Positions 32,471 to 42,450 are shown, counted from the stretch's first letter. The stretch is 64,000 nt of DNA from Occultella glacieicola (GCF_004353825.1 NZ_SMNA01000003.1:248001-312000), one strand, 5' to 3'. Program-made: numbers and translations. Notes: generated from the sequence alone by a model not told the origin.

Positions 32471-34438
32471 GTGAGCGACGACGCCGACGACGAGTTCCGC
32501 GGTGGTGCCCGGTTCCGGGGTGGCGCCCGCTTCGGTGCGGGTGCCCCGGCTGCGTCCGACCCTGTCGACCCTGCCGGCCCGGCCGAGACGGACGGTGGGT
32601 CCGGCGAGCGGCCCAGCTACACCCCCAGCTACGCAACCACCGACCGGCCGGCGGGTTACCCGAGTAGCGACTACACGCCGTCGTACTCCACCAGCGGCTA
32701 CCAGCCGCCGCGTTACGACGCCCCCGCGAACCCGTATGTCGACCTGTCCAGACCGACCGACGCCGAGCCGACCTCCCCGACCCTCGGGACGCCGTCGACC
32801 GGCGACGCCTGGGCGACCACCGCCCCGGGCGACGTCGACGCCGCCACGGTCGCCAGCGGCCCCGCGGCGGACACCCGGGTGGCCCTCGGCCGGATCGAGC
32901 CAAAGCGGATCGAGGTCACCCGGGTCGCGCCGCCGCCCGAGTCGTCGCCGGGCCCGGCTGCCACCCCGGCGCGGCCCCCGGGCCGGGCGACGACACGGGC
33001 CGCGAGCACCAGCGAGCCGACCGTCGTCCGGATGCCGCCCCGCGGCGAACGGGTCCACCCGTCGGTGCGCCGCCGCAACCAGCGCCGCACCCGCCGCTAT
33101 CTGGCCGTGGCATCGGCGGTGGGCCTGGTCGCGATCGCCCTGCTCGTCGTGTTCCGGCTGGTCGGCGACCCGACCGGGATCTTCGACAGCGGACCCGGCG
33201 TGGATGACGACGCCGACCCGTTCGACGTGCGCTGGGAGGTCACCGCGGACGAGCTGCTCCCGGGGGCCGGGGACTTCCTGCCCGTGAACTCCGCCGACTG
33301 GTTCGAGTACCGCGCCCCGTACCTGATCGCGGGTGAGGGCGTCTGGGTCGGGCTCGTCGACGACGCGACCGCCAGCATCGACAGCGACTTCGTGCCGGCC
33401 GCGGACCTGGTCGCGTTCGACCCGGAGACCGGGAGCCGGCTGTGGGACCTGGCGCTGCCCGGGGCCCTGTGCGCGCAGGAGCCCACACCGGCCCAGGAAC
33501 TGGTCTGCGTGAGCCGCGACGGCGCCAACGGATGGGAGCTGTCCGTGATCTCCCTGGCGGACGGCACGATCACTGCCAGCCACGCCCTCGACATCGGGCA
33601 GCCGTGGACCGTGCACCTGTCCCCGGCCGGGCTGCTCGTGATCACCGAGGACGCCCGGGACGAGTTCACCACGCTCGACCTGGTCTCCGTCGCCGACGGA
33701 TCGCTGATCTGGTCGCGGGACCTGACCGCGCTGCCCGACGGCGCCGAGCTGTTCCGCGAGGACGAGGACTCGGCGGGCAGGACCCGGGTGGTCCCGTACC
33801 AGCCGATCTGGTCGGATCTGGGCGAGCACACGCTGCTGTGGACGCCGCAGACGATCCTGCACATCGACCCGCAGACCCCGGACCTCACCACGTACCTGTG
33901 CTACGACGCGGCCGTGGCCGAGGACAGCTTCGCCTGCAACGGGCGGGACGGGACCGCCCGGTACGACGCGGACGGCACCCGGCTGTGGCAGTCCGAGGAC
34001 GTCGGCATCGAGCGTGCTGCCTTCCAGCCGGCTCCGGCCCTCGTGAACACCGGCACGCCGGGCACGGTGCTCGCCACGGACTGGGCCACCGGGACCGTCG
34101 GCGACCCCCTGCTGGAGTACTCGCTGCCGCAGTCCACGAACGTGTCCGGCACCGCGCAGTACCCGTTCTTCACCACCGAGTCCGAGGTCGTGTCGCTGGC
34201 CCCGGACGGCGGTTCGACACGCTGGGTGGCCGAGATCCGGGACCTGAACTCCATCTCCGAGGTGGTCGTCGTCGACGACGTCGCGGTGGTGTCCGGCTAC
34301 AGCTCGCTCGGCCTCGACCTGGACACCGGCGAGGTGCTCTGGTCCCGGAACGCCCACGGCGACATCCGGCTCGTCGACGGGCTGCCCGTCACCCACAACT
34401 ACGACGGCTTCAGCCTGCTGGAGCTGCCGCCGGGGTGA
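32471..34438 (+). CDS. Membrane-anchored PQQ-like beta-propeller repeat protein
   Basis: Long Pro/Thr-rich N-terminus, one TM helix, repeated 'AFDPETGSRLW', 'DGSLIW', 'LDLDTGEVLW' motifs. Confidence 0.8.
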   Translation: MSDDADDEFRGGARFRGGARFGAGAPAASDPVDPAGPAETDGGSGERPSYTPSYATTDRPAGYPSSDYTPSYSTSGYQPPRYDAPANPYVDLSRPTDAEPTSPTLGTPSTGDAWATTAPGDVDAATVASGPAADTRVALGRIEPKRIEVTRVAPPPESSPGPAATPARPPGRATTRAASTSEPTVVRMPPRGERVHPSVRRRNQRRTRRYLAVASAVGLVAIALLVVFRLVGDPTGIFDSGPGVDDDADPFDVRWEVTADELLPGAGDFLPVNSADWFEYRAPYLIAGEGVWVGLVDDATASIDSDFVPAADLVAFDPETGSRLWDLALPGALCAQEPTPAQELVCVSRDGANGWELSVISLADGTITASHALDIGQPWTVHLSPAGLLVITEDARDEFTTLDLVSVADGSLIWSRDLTALPDGAELFREDEDSAGRTRVVPYQPIWSDLGEHTLLWTPQTILHIDPQTPDLTTYLCYDAAVAEDSFACNGRDGTARYDADGTRLWQSEDVGIERAAFQPAPALVNTGTPGTVLATDWATGTVGDPLLEYSLPQSTNVSGTAQYPFFTTESEVVSLAPDGGSTRWVAEIRDLNSISEVVVVDDVAVVSGYSSLGLDLDTGEVLWSRNAHGDIRLVDGLPVTHNYDGFSLLELPPG

Positions 34439-34452
34439 GCCCCACGGCCGGT

Positions 34453-35631
34453 TCAGCCGCCGAGGTGGGCGAGCACCCCGGTGACCGCCTCCCGGCCGGC
34501 CCGGTTCGCCCCGATCGTGGAGGCGGACGGGCCGTAGCCGACCAGGTGCACCCGTGGCTCGGCCGCCACCCGGGTGCCGTCCATCGCGATCCCGCCGCCG
34601 TGCCCGCGCAGGTGCAACGGGGCCAGGTGGTCCAGCTGGGAGCGGAACCCGGTGGCCCAGAGGATGACGTCGGCGCGCTGCTCGGTGCCGTCCGCCCAGC
34701 GCACCCCGGTCGGGGTGATCTCGGCGAACATGGGCCGGCGCTCCATCACGCCGCGCTCGGCCGCGGCGCGCAGCGTCGGCGTCCGGATCAGGCCGGTCAC
34801 GCTGACCACGCTGCGCGGCGGCAGGCCCTGGCGGACCCGATCCTCGACGAGCGCCACGGCCCTCCGGCCGGCGTCCGGGTCGAACTCGTCCTCACGCCAG
34901 ATCGGCTCCCGCCGGGTCACCCAGGTGGTGCCGGCGACGTGGGAGATCTCCTCGAGCAGCTGGACCGCGGAGATGCCGCCGCCGACCACGATCACGTGCC
35001 GCCCGGCGAACTCCTGCGCGCTCACGTAGTCCGCGGTGTGCAGCTGACGGCCTGCGAACGTCTCCTGCCCGGGATAGATCGGCCAGAACGGCTTCGTCCA
35101 GGTGCCGGTCGCGTTGATGATCGCCCGGGCCGAGACCTGCCCGCGGTCGGTCTCGATCAGCAGCGGGCCGCGCGGGTCGGCATCGGCCCGGGTGACCCGA
35201 TGCACGTGCACGGGCCGCAGGATCGGCAGGTCGAGCTCGCGCTCGTAGTCGGCGTAGTACTCCGGCACCACCTCCCGCGAGGGCGCGCACGGGTCCACCT
35301 CGGGCAGCTCGCGCCCGGGCAGGTCGTGGACCTTGTTGACCGTGGCCATCCGTAGCGTGCGCCAGCGGTGCCGCCAGGCGCCGCCGGGCCCCGCCTCGCC
35401 GTCGAGGACCACGTAGGTGCCCGACGGCGGCCGGTCGCCGTCGGAGGTCGTCGTCACCACCGCGGTGGCGGGGATCAGGCCGCGGCGGCGCAGGTGGTAG
35501 GCGGCGGACAGGCCCGCCTGACCGGCGCCGATCACGACGACGTCGGCGGCTGCCGGCAGAGCGGCTCGCGCTGCGTCGAGGGTCGACGGCGCAGGTACCG
35601 GGGCGACGCTGATCGCTTGCTCGGTGCTCAC
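34453..35631 (-). CDS. NAD(P)/FAD-dependent oxidoreductase (flavin monooxygenase-like)
   Basis: GAGQAG, 'FAGRQLHTADY', 'VGGGISA', 'WATGF'. Confidence 0.88.
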   Translation of the reverse strand: MSTEQAISVAPVPAPSTLDAARAALPAAADVVVIGAGQAGLSAAYHLRRRGLIPATAVVTTTSDGDRPPSGTYVVLDGEAGPGGAWRHRWRTLRMATVNKVHDLPGRELPEVDPCAPSREVVPEYYADYERELDLPILRPVHVHRVTRADADPRGPLLIETDRGQVSARAIINATGTWTKPFWPIYPGQETFAGRQLHTADYVSAQEFAGRHVIVVGGGISAVQLLEEISHVAGTTWVTRREPIWREDEFDPDAGRRAVALVEDRVRQGLPPRSVVSVTGLIRTPTLRAAAERGVMERRPMFAEITPTGVRWADGTEQRADVILWATGFRSQLDHLAPLHLRGHGGGIAMDGTRVAAEPRVHLVGYGPSASTIGANRAGREAVTGVLAHLGG

Positions 35632-35752
35632 GTCGCATCAACACCCGCCTGCCGTCGCTTTCTTCCGCGGCGGCCGCCTGCTCTCGCGCGCAGCACCCGG
35701 GTCGGGTAGGCATGCAGGGTGATCACCGAGCGACAGCGGGTGACCTGACCGC

Positions 35753-36586
35753 GTGGGGATACTCCTCGCGCTCGGTTCATCCGTCCTGTACGGGCTGGCC
35801 GACTACCTCGGCGGGATCCTGTCCCGCCGGGGCAGCTTCGTGGCCATCGCGCTGGTCGGGCAGGTCACCGGCCTGGTGTTCTCGCTGGTGGCCGTGCTGC
35901 TCCTGCCGGAGGTCGCGGCCGGTCCGGAGGATCTCGCCTGGGGCGCGCTGTCCGGGGTCGGGACCGGGCTCGGCATGCTGTTCCTCTACCGCGGCCTGAG
36001 CCGGGGCCACATGAGTGTGGTCGTGCCGATCAGCGCGGTCGGCGGTGTCGCGCTGCCGATCCTCGTGGGGGTGGCCCTGCTCGGCGAGCGGCCCTCGGTG
36101 CTGTCCTGGCTCGGGATCGCCGCCGCCGTTCCGGCCATCTGGTTGGTCTCCCGGGTGCGAGGGCCGTCCGGGTCCGGCTCGGCCGCGGCCACGACGGATG
36201 CCCTGGTCGCGAGCATGGCGATCGCGCTCCAGTACACCGCGCTCGCCCAGGCCGGACCGGACGCGGGACTGTGGCCGATCGTCACCGGCAGGGTCGCCGC
36301 AACCCTGGTCCTGGTGCCCGTGGCGCTCCGGGCGCGGCAGCGGCGGATCTCCGTCCGCCTCACCCTCGGCGCCGCGGCGGTCGGCGTGATGGCGACGCTC
36401 GCGCTCCTGCTGTACCTGCTCGCCACCCAGGTGCAGCTGATGACGGTCGCCGTCGTGCTGTCCTGCCTCTACCCGGTCATCCCCGTGCTGCTCGGGATCA
36501 CGGTGCTGCACGAACGGGTCGCCACGCACCAGGTGGTGGGCCTGCTGGCCGCCGGGGCGGCGGTCGTGCTGATCACGGTCGGTTGA
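35753..36586 (+). CDS. EamA/DMT family transporter
   Basis: About 10 TM helices, 'LLGER', 'LYPVIPVLLGITVLHER'. Confidence 0.85.
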   Translation: MGILLALGSSVLYGLADYLGGILSRRGSFVAIALVGQVTGLVFSLVAVLLLPEVAAGPEDLAWGALSGVGTGLGMLFLYRGLSRGHMSVVVPISAVGGVALPILVGVALLGERPSVLSWLGIAAAVPAIWLVSRVRGPSGSGSAAATTDALVASMAIALQYTALAQAGPDAGLWPIVTGRVAATLVLVPVALRARQRRISVRLTLGAAAVGVMATLALLLYLLATQVQLMTVAVVLSCLYPVIPVLLGITVLHERVATHQVVGLLAAGAAVVLITVG

Positions 36587-36611
36587 GCGCAGCCGCTCGG
36601 CCCGGTGTCGG

Positions 36612-39600
36612 TCACACCCGCGAGCGGCGGTACAGCCCGACCCCGAGGCCGATCGCCAGGAGCGCGGCCAGCCCGAGAGCCGCCGGCGCCGCGCCGGTGT
36701 CCGGGAGACCACTCGAGCCACCGCCACCGGAGCCACCACCGCCACCGGGACCGGGCGGCGTGGCGGCGGCCGGCTCGACGGTCACCTCCTGCGTGACCGT
36801 GGTCGCGGCGCCGTCGGCGTCCACTGCCGTGACGGTCAGCGCGTACGTCCCGGGGCTGGTGTAGATGTGGCTCAGTTCGGTGGTGCCGGCCGCGACCGTG
36901 AGCGTGACCGTCGGCGTCGGAACCAGGGCGCGACTGCCCGGGCCGGTCCCGGAGTCGGGCCTGACGCCGAAGTCGACGGTCAGCTCGAAGCCGGCCGCCC
37001 GATCGGACGGCGAGGCATCGTCGAGCGTCACGCTGACGGTGAGCTCCTCGGCGACCTCGACGGTGCCCGGCGCACTCACCGTGAGCATCGGGCCCTCGCT
37101 GGTCACCTCGACGTCGGTGGTGTGGTCACTCGAGCCGCCGTACTGGTTGGTGATCCGCCCGGCGACGGTCACCGTCGCCGGACCGTCCGCGGTCAGCGCC
37201 GCCGGGACCTCTGCGGTCGGATCGGCGGAGTCGACGACGTCGAACGTCCCGTCACCATCGATGTCGAAGGAGTACGTGAACGTCGCACCCGGCGCCGCGT
37301 CCACCGGATCGGTGAACGTCACCGTGGCGGTGTCCCCCTCGGCCACCGGACCGGAGTTGGTCAGGGTCGCCGTCGGCGTGGACGCCTCGACGACGACGGT
37401 GGTGGACAGGTCCGTGGCACCGCCGTCCTTGTCGCTGAGCGTCACGACGAGCACGTGGTCACCCACCGAGGTCAGTACCGCCGGCGGGACCGAGATCGTC
37501 GGCTCCGGGTCGCCGGTGGTCCAGGAACCGCTCGCGTCCGCGATGTCGTCCCCGTCCCAGTCGAGCACGTAGTCGAGTCCGGCCGCCAGATCGGTCGGTG
37601 AGGCGTCGTCCAGGTCCGTCAGGGTCAGCACCGCCGGCACTCCGATCACCACCGGCCCGTCGTTGGCGAGCATGCCGCTCGGTGCGAGGTTCTCGACGAG
37701 CACGTCGGTGGTGTAGTCGCTGGAGCCGCCGTACTGGTTGGCGATCCGCGCGGACACCATCACGGTCGCCGGACCGTCGGGCGTGCCGACCGGCGCGGTG
37801 GGGTCGGTGGCATCCACGATGTCGAACGTCCCGTCGTTGTCCAGGTCGAAGGAGTACGTGAAGGTCGCACCCGGCGCGGCATCGACCGGGTCGGTGAACG
37901 TCACCGTGGCGGTGTCCCCCTCGGCCACCGGACCGGAGTTGGTCAGCGTCGCCGTCGGCGTCGTCGCCTCGACCACCACGGTCGTGGACAGATCCGCGGC
38001 GCCGCCGTCCTTGTCGCTCAGCGTCACCACCAGCACATGGTCACCCACCGACCCCAGCGCCACCGCCGGCACCGAGATCGTCGGATCCGGATCCCCGGCC
38101 GTCCACGAACCGCTCGCGTCCGCCGTCCCGTCGCCGTCCCAGTCCAGGGCGTACCCGAGCCCCGCCGCCACATCCGCGGCCGAGGGATCGGCCAGGTCGG
38201 AGAGTGCCAGCGTGACCGGTTCGCCGATCAGCACCGGCCCGTCGTTCGTGAGCGTGCCGGACGGCGCCGCGTTCGTCACGAGCACCTCGGTGGTGTGGTC
38301 GCTGGAGCCGCCGTACTGATTCGCGATCCGCCCGGTCACGGTCACCGGCGCCGGCCCGTCCACGGTGAGGGCTCCGGGGACCGCGGCGCTGGGATCGGTC
38401 GCGTCGACGACCTCGAACGTCCCGTCGTCGTCGAAGTCGAAGGAGTACGTGAAGGTCGCACCCGGCGCGGCATCGACCGGGTCGGTGAACGTCACCGTGG
38501 CGGTGCCGCCCTCGGCCACCGGACCGGAGTTGGTCAGCGTCGCCGTCGGCGTCGTCGCCTCGACCACCACGGTCGTGGACAGATCCGCGGCGCCGCCGTC
38601 CTTGTCGCTCAGCGTCACCACCAGCACATGGTCACCCACCGACCCCAGCGCCACCGCCGGCACCGAGATCGTCGGATCCGGATCCCCGGCCGTCCACGAA
38701 CCGCTCGCGTCCGCCGTCCCGTCGCCGTCCCAGTCCAGGGCGTACCCGAGCCCCGCCGCCACATCCGCGGCCGAGGGATCGGCCAGGTCGGAGAGCGTCA
38801 CGGTGACCGAGGACCCGATCGGGATCGGGCCGCTGTTGCCGATCGTTCCCGTCGGCGGCAGGTTCGAGACGGTCAGGGTGGCCGAGTCGGTCAGTGTGAC
38901 CGTTCCGTCCGTGGCCTGCACCGAGACAGTGGCGGTGGTCGGTCCGTCGCCGAGTCCGTAGAGGGCCAGGATCCCGGCGCCGAAGTCCGGGCTGCTCCCG
39001 TTGCCGTCGTCGAACGTGCCGTCGCCGTCCATGTCCCAGGCGTAGGTGGCGCCGGCGAGGTCGGACGTCGCAGCGAGACTGAAGAGCGGGTCGCCCTCGG
39101 CGATCGCGTACGGGCCGCCCGCGTCCACCGTCGCCGTGGTGACCGCCAGCGACCAGCCGTCGATCGAGCCGGCGTCACCGGTGGCGTCGTCGACCACGAA
39201 GAGCCGCCACGTGCCGTTCGGGTCGCTGCCGTTGAACACGGCGAGCGACGTCCCGTACGGGCCCGCGGGCGCCGGGGCGGGCATCGGGGCGTCCGGCAGG
39301 GGGCTGCCGTCCCCGTCGAGGTCGACGTCGGTGGGCCGGAACGTCCCGCTCACCGGCGGTACCGGGACGGTGGTGGCCGCGTCGTCGTCGAACGTGAGCG
39401 TGACGTCGCTGATGGGTTGGATGTTGCCGACGTCCGAGAACAGCACCACGGTCTGCCCGGCCGGCCCGACCAGCACCACGTCGATGTCCGCCGGCGAGGA
39501 GTGCGTGATCCCGGCCAGGGTCACCTCGACGTCGGTGACGTAGGAGCCGAGCCCGCTCAGGCGCACGTTCGACGGATACGGGGCGGCGGCGCCGGATGAG

Positions 39601-40622
39601 GGGATCACGATGCCCGTGGGGTTGGCGGAGCCGTCGTCGTTCTCGATCACCACCCGCGCGGTGGTCCTCCCGCCGAGCGCTGCCCCGCCGGTGGGCAGGT
39701 CCAGGGTGACGGTCAGGTCGACGTCGGCTCCCGGGTCGGGGTCGTCGAGGACGGGGATGCTCACGACGGCGCTCGTCTGCCCGTCCGCGAACGGCACCAC
39801 CTGGGACACGGCGGTGTAGTCGACGCCGTCGACCGCGGTCCCGTTCGCGGTGGTGAACCGGGCCGAGACGGCGCCGTCCGCACCGGCGGTGCGCTGCACG
39901 GTGATGTCGATCGTGCCGTCACCCTCGGTGCCGCGGTACTCGGCGGCCCCGAACGCGAGCAGGCCCGGCTGGGTGGCCTCGGCGGTGGTCAGGGTCAACG
40001 ACCAGCCGCCCGCGATGGTGCCGGTGTCACCGTCGGTGTCGTCGATGACATACAAGGACCAGGTGCCGTTCGGGTCGAGGCCACCGAAGGCGTCCGCGAA
40101 CGTGGCGTTGGTGGACGGGGCCGGCCCGCCGCCCGGAGCGAACGTGTCCGCGACGGTCTCGCCGACGTCGACGTCCGTGGGCGCGTAGGTCCCGGAACCT
40201 ACCTGGCCCGAGGCGGGGAACGGGGCGCCGCCGTCGGAGAGCGTCAGCTCGGCGTTCGAGGCGGAGGCCAGTGCTGCGGAACCCCCGATGTCGGACATGA
40301 TCACCAGGTTGCTCCCGCCCGGCGCGACGAGCAGGACGTCCATGTCGTTCAGAATTCCGTGAGTCACGCCGTGCAGGGTCACGTCGACATCGGTGAGCGT
40401 CCCGGCCATCCCGGCCACGCTGACGTTCGACGGGTAGGGCGAGGCGGGCTGGAGGTCCTCGAGCGGGTTCTGGCCGGGGACGGCGATCGGCGCGGTGGCA
40501 CTGAACGTGGTGGGACCGTCCGCGATGGCGGGTGGCGCGAGGACGGCGACGCCACCGAGCGCGAGCGCGGTCACCGCGAACGCGGCGAACGTGCGGTGGA
40601 TGCGATGAGTGTGCGCCGACAC
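36612..40622 (-). CDS. Large LPXTG cell-wall-anchored protein: two P-domain-like modules, Calx-beta domain, PKD/Ig-like repeats
   Basis: Signal peptide from GTG 40622 (GGAAGG RBS); 'VDVTLHGVTH..DVLLVAP..GTWSLYVIDD' x2; 'ITVQRTAG..TANGTAVDGVDY..FADGQTS' Calx-beta; 'TYSFD.D.DG' and 'DKDGG' repeats; LPDTG + TM + RRSR. Confidence 0.88.
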   Translation of the reverse strand: MSAHTHRIHRTFAAFAVTALALGGVAVLAPPAIADGPTTFSATAPIAVPGQNPLEDLQPASPYPSNVSVAGMAGTLTDVDVTLHGVTHGILNDMDVLLVAPGGSNLVIMSDIGGSAALASASNAELTLSDGGAPFPASGQVGSGTYAPTDVDVGETVADTFAPGGGPAPSTNATFADAFGGLDPNGTWSLYVIDDTDGDTGTIAGGWSLTLTTAEATQPGLLAFGAAEYRGTEGDGTIDITVQRTAGADGAVSARFTTANGTAVDGVDYTAVSQVVPFADGQTSAVVSIPVLDDPDPGADVDLTVTLDLPTGGAALGGRTTARVVIENDDGSANPTGIVIPSSGAAAPYPSNVRLSGLGSYVTDVEVTLAGITHSSPADIDVVLVGPAGQTVVLFSDVGNIQPISDVTLTFDDDAATTVPVPPVSGTFRPTDVDLDGDGSPLPDAPMPAPAPAGPYGTSLAVFNGSDPNGTWRLFVVDDATGDAGSIDGWSLAVTTATVDAGGPYAIAEGDPLFSLAATSDLAGATYAWDMDGDGTFDDGNGSSPDFGAGILALYGLGDGPTTATVSVQATDGTVTLTDSATLTVSNLPPTGTIGNSGPIPIGSSVTVTLSDLADPSAADVAAGLGYALDWDGDGTADASGSWTAGDPDPTISVPAVALGSVGDHVLVVTLSDKDGGAADLSTTVVVEATTPTATLTNSGPVAEGGTATVTFTDPVDAAPGATFTYSFDFDDDGTFEVVDATDPSAAVPGALTVDGPAPVTVTGRIANQYGGSSDHTTEVLVTNAAPSGTLTNDGPVLIGEPVTLALSDLADPSAADVAAGLGYALDWDGDGTADASGSWTAGDPDPTISVPAVALGSVGDHVLVVTLSDKDGGAADLSTTVVVEATTPTATLTNSGPVAEGDTATVTFTDPVDAAPGATFTYSFDLDNDGTFDIVDATDPTAPVGTPDGPATVMVSARIANQYGGSSDYTTDVLVENLAPSGMLANDGPVVIGVPAVLTLTDLDDASPTDLAAGLDYVLDWDGDDIADASGSWTTGDPEPTISVPPAVLTSVGDHVLVVTLSDKDGGATDLSTTVVVEASTPTATLTNSGPVAEGDTATVTFTDPVDAAPGATFTYSFDIDGDGTFDVVDSADPTAEVPAALTADGPATVTVAGRITNQYGGSSDHTTDVEVTSEGPMLTVSAPGTVEVAEELTVSVTLDDASPSDRAAGFELTVDFGVRPDSGTGPGSRALVPTPTVTLTVAAGTTELSHIYTSPGTYALTVTAVDADGAATTVTQEVTVEPAAATPPGPGGGGGSGGGGSSGLPDTGAAPAALGLAALLAIGLGVGLYRRSRV
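37845..38795. repeat. Near-identical 360-bp internal direct repeats (37845-38204 and 38436-38795; 591-bp period), with a more diverged copy from 37263
   Basis: Direct comparison of the sequences. Confidence 0.9.
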
Positions 40623-40710
40623 CGGCCACCCCTTCCGTCGTGCCGCGGGCAGGCGACGACGAGCACCCCCGGGCGGCACCACGCTAGCGGCTCGATCCGG
40701 ATCCCCGAAA

Positions 40711-40730
40711 GTCACGATCCGGTCACGATC
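40711..40730. promoter_or_regulatory. Direct repeat GTCACGATC-N2-GTCACGATC (11-bp period); possible OmpR-family box
   Basis: In the divergent promoter region between the surface-protein gene and the tail-collar gene. Confidence 0.5.
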
Positions 40731-40835
40731 ACGAAGCGGCACTCGACGGCGCGGCCGCGCCTCTGCCCTACTGTGCTCGCGCCCCACCCCTCGGGCGGGA
40801 CGAGTCCCCATCTGCGACGTCTCGACTGGAGCATC

Positions 40836-41345
40836 ATGGAACCCTTCATCGGCGAACTACGGCTCTTCGGCTTCAACTACGCGCCACGTGGCTGGGCCCT
40901 GTGCGACGGCAGTCTCATGCCGATCAACCAGAACCAGGCGCTCTTCTCGCTCCTCGGCACGATGTACGGCGGCAACGGGACCAGCACGTTCGGTCTGCCG
41001 GACCTGCGCGGGCGCGTGCCGCTCGGGGCGGGCCAGACACCAGGTGGCTCGCAGTACCAGCAGGGCCAGAGCGGCGGGACCGAGTCCGTGACCCTCACCG
41101 TCGGCCAACTACCGTCGCACAGTCACCAGGTCCAGGGGTCCGCCCAGGCGACGGGAAAGAGCCCGGCCAACCTCGTGCCCGGCTTCTCCGCAGCCGCGGC
41201 CGCGTACGGGCCCCCGGACGGCACGGCGATGAACGCGACCATGGTCGGCATGACCGGGAACGGCCAGCCGATCCCGGTGGTCCAGCCCTACCAGGCGCTG
41301 GTCTGGTGCATCGCCGTCGAGGGCATCTTCCCGTCCCGCCAGTAG
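40836..41345 (+). CDS. Phage tail-collar domain protein (MdpB-like)
   Basis: 'EPFIGELRLFGFNYAPRGWALCDG..NQALFSLLGTMYGGNGTSTFGLPDLRGRVP', C-terminal 'QPYQALVWCIAVEGIFP'. Confidence 0.92.
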   Translation: MEPFIGELRLFGFNYAPRGWALCDGSLMPINQNQALFSLLGTMYGGNGTSTFGLPDLRGRVPLGAGQTPGGSQYQQGQSGGTESVTLTVGQLPSHSHQVQGSAQATGKSPANLVPGFSAAAAAYGPPDGTAMNATMVGMTGNGQPIPVVQPYQALVWCIAVEGIFPSRQ

Positions 41346-41412
41346 CGCGCCGGAAGCCTCGGCTGCGATCCCCAGGCGCACCGGGGAGTCCGGCCGCCTC
41401 GTCACGATCGGG

Positions 41413-42285
41413 TCAACCCCGGCGCCACGGCGGATCACCCCGAGCCCAGTTGTCCCCGGCCGACTCGATCCGCAGGCTGTGCCCCGTACCGGCGCGCTCC
41501 CCGCCGATCTCCTCGCTGTACACGCAGATCCCGGTGCCCACGTCCAGGCGGACCCGGTAGGCGTCGGGGTAGTCGCCCTCGCGCTTGCGCCAGTCGTCGG
41601 CGAGGTCGACCACCTCGCACGGCAGGAGCGCGCAACAGGAGCAGCGGGGGTCGTAGGCGGCCGTGGTGCGGAGCACGGCCTCCCAGGCCGGACGCCCCTC
41701 GTGCTCGACCACCCGGACCTCGTCGATCACCGTGCCCGGCGGCACCTTCTCGCCAGCCGTCATCGCCGCCAGGTGGTCCGGGTCGTCCTGATCGAACTGG
41801 CCATCCGCGAGCTCGACCGGGTCGAGCATCGCCACCCAGTGGTAGGTCTGATACATCGGCGCGTCGTGGTCGAAGCGGTCCGTGAGGCGCCGGCGCACCA
41901 GGCCCTGCTCGTCGAGGACGGCCCCGGCGGGGTCGCCCGCCCGTGCCTCCCGACGAGCCTCCTCGGCGTCCCGACGGACGTCGGCGGTCAGGGTGGCACG
42001 GTAGCCGGGATCCGCCAGCCGGGGCTCGTCCGCGAGCGCGGCCTCATCGAACGCGACGAGGAAACCGACCGACGGACCCGGATCCTGCCGCTCGTCGAGT
42101 CGCACCTGCCCGTCGAGCGCCTCCACCCGGATCCGGTCCGGCCGTTCGATCCAGGACCGGACGGGCTCCCCGGCGAACGGGCCGGACCACTGCGCGGTGA
42201 ACCGGACGGTGCGCCAGCGCCACGGGGACGAGCGCGCGAGGGCGCGGAAGTCCTCGGCATCGGGTCTGGCGGGTGCGAGCGACAT
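41413..42285 (-). CDS. Conserved actinobacterial hypothetical protein
   Basis: 'LARSSPWRW', 'YHWVAMLDPVELADG', 'YDPRCSCCALL', 'VRLDVGTGICV'. Confidence 0.7.
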   Translation of the reverse strand: MSLAPARPDAEDFRALARSSPWRWRTVRFTAQWSGPFAGEPVRSWIERPDRIRVEALDGQVRLDERQDPGPSVGFLVAFDEAALADEPRLADPGYRATLTADVRRDAEEARREARAGDPAGAVLDEQGLVRRRLTDRFDHDAPMYQTYHWVAMLDPVELADGQFDQDDPDHLAAMTAGEKVPPGTVIDEVRVVEHEGRPAWEAVLRTTAAYDPRCSCCALLPCEVVDLADDWRKREGDYPDAYRVRLDVGTGICVYSEEIGGERAGTGHSLRIESAGDNWARGDPPWRRG

Positions 42286-42369
42286 CCCTCCATTGTGGCG
42301 GGCAGCGGGGCGGATCCCGGCAGTGATATCGCAACCCGTGAGCCACCGACGCCGGATCCGCCCGCACCA

Positions 42370-42406
42370 CGGATACGCAACTATTGCGTATCCGCAGTTA
42401 CTGCGG
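42370..42406. promoter_or_regulatory. Overlapping palindromes, putative operator
   Basis: CGGATACGCAA-cta-TTGCGTATCCG (42370-42394) and CCGCAGT-t-ACTGCGG (42392-42406). Confidence 0.6.
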
Positions 42407-42450
42407 CATCATGGCAGGAGTCACCGAGCCCACGAACCCCAGGAGCCATC

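Noticed and set aside
40836..41345. Prophage call based on the tail-collar gene
   Set aside because: No integrase, capsid, terminase, other tail genes or att sites nearby
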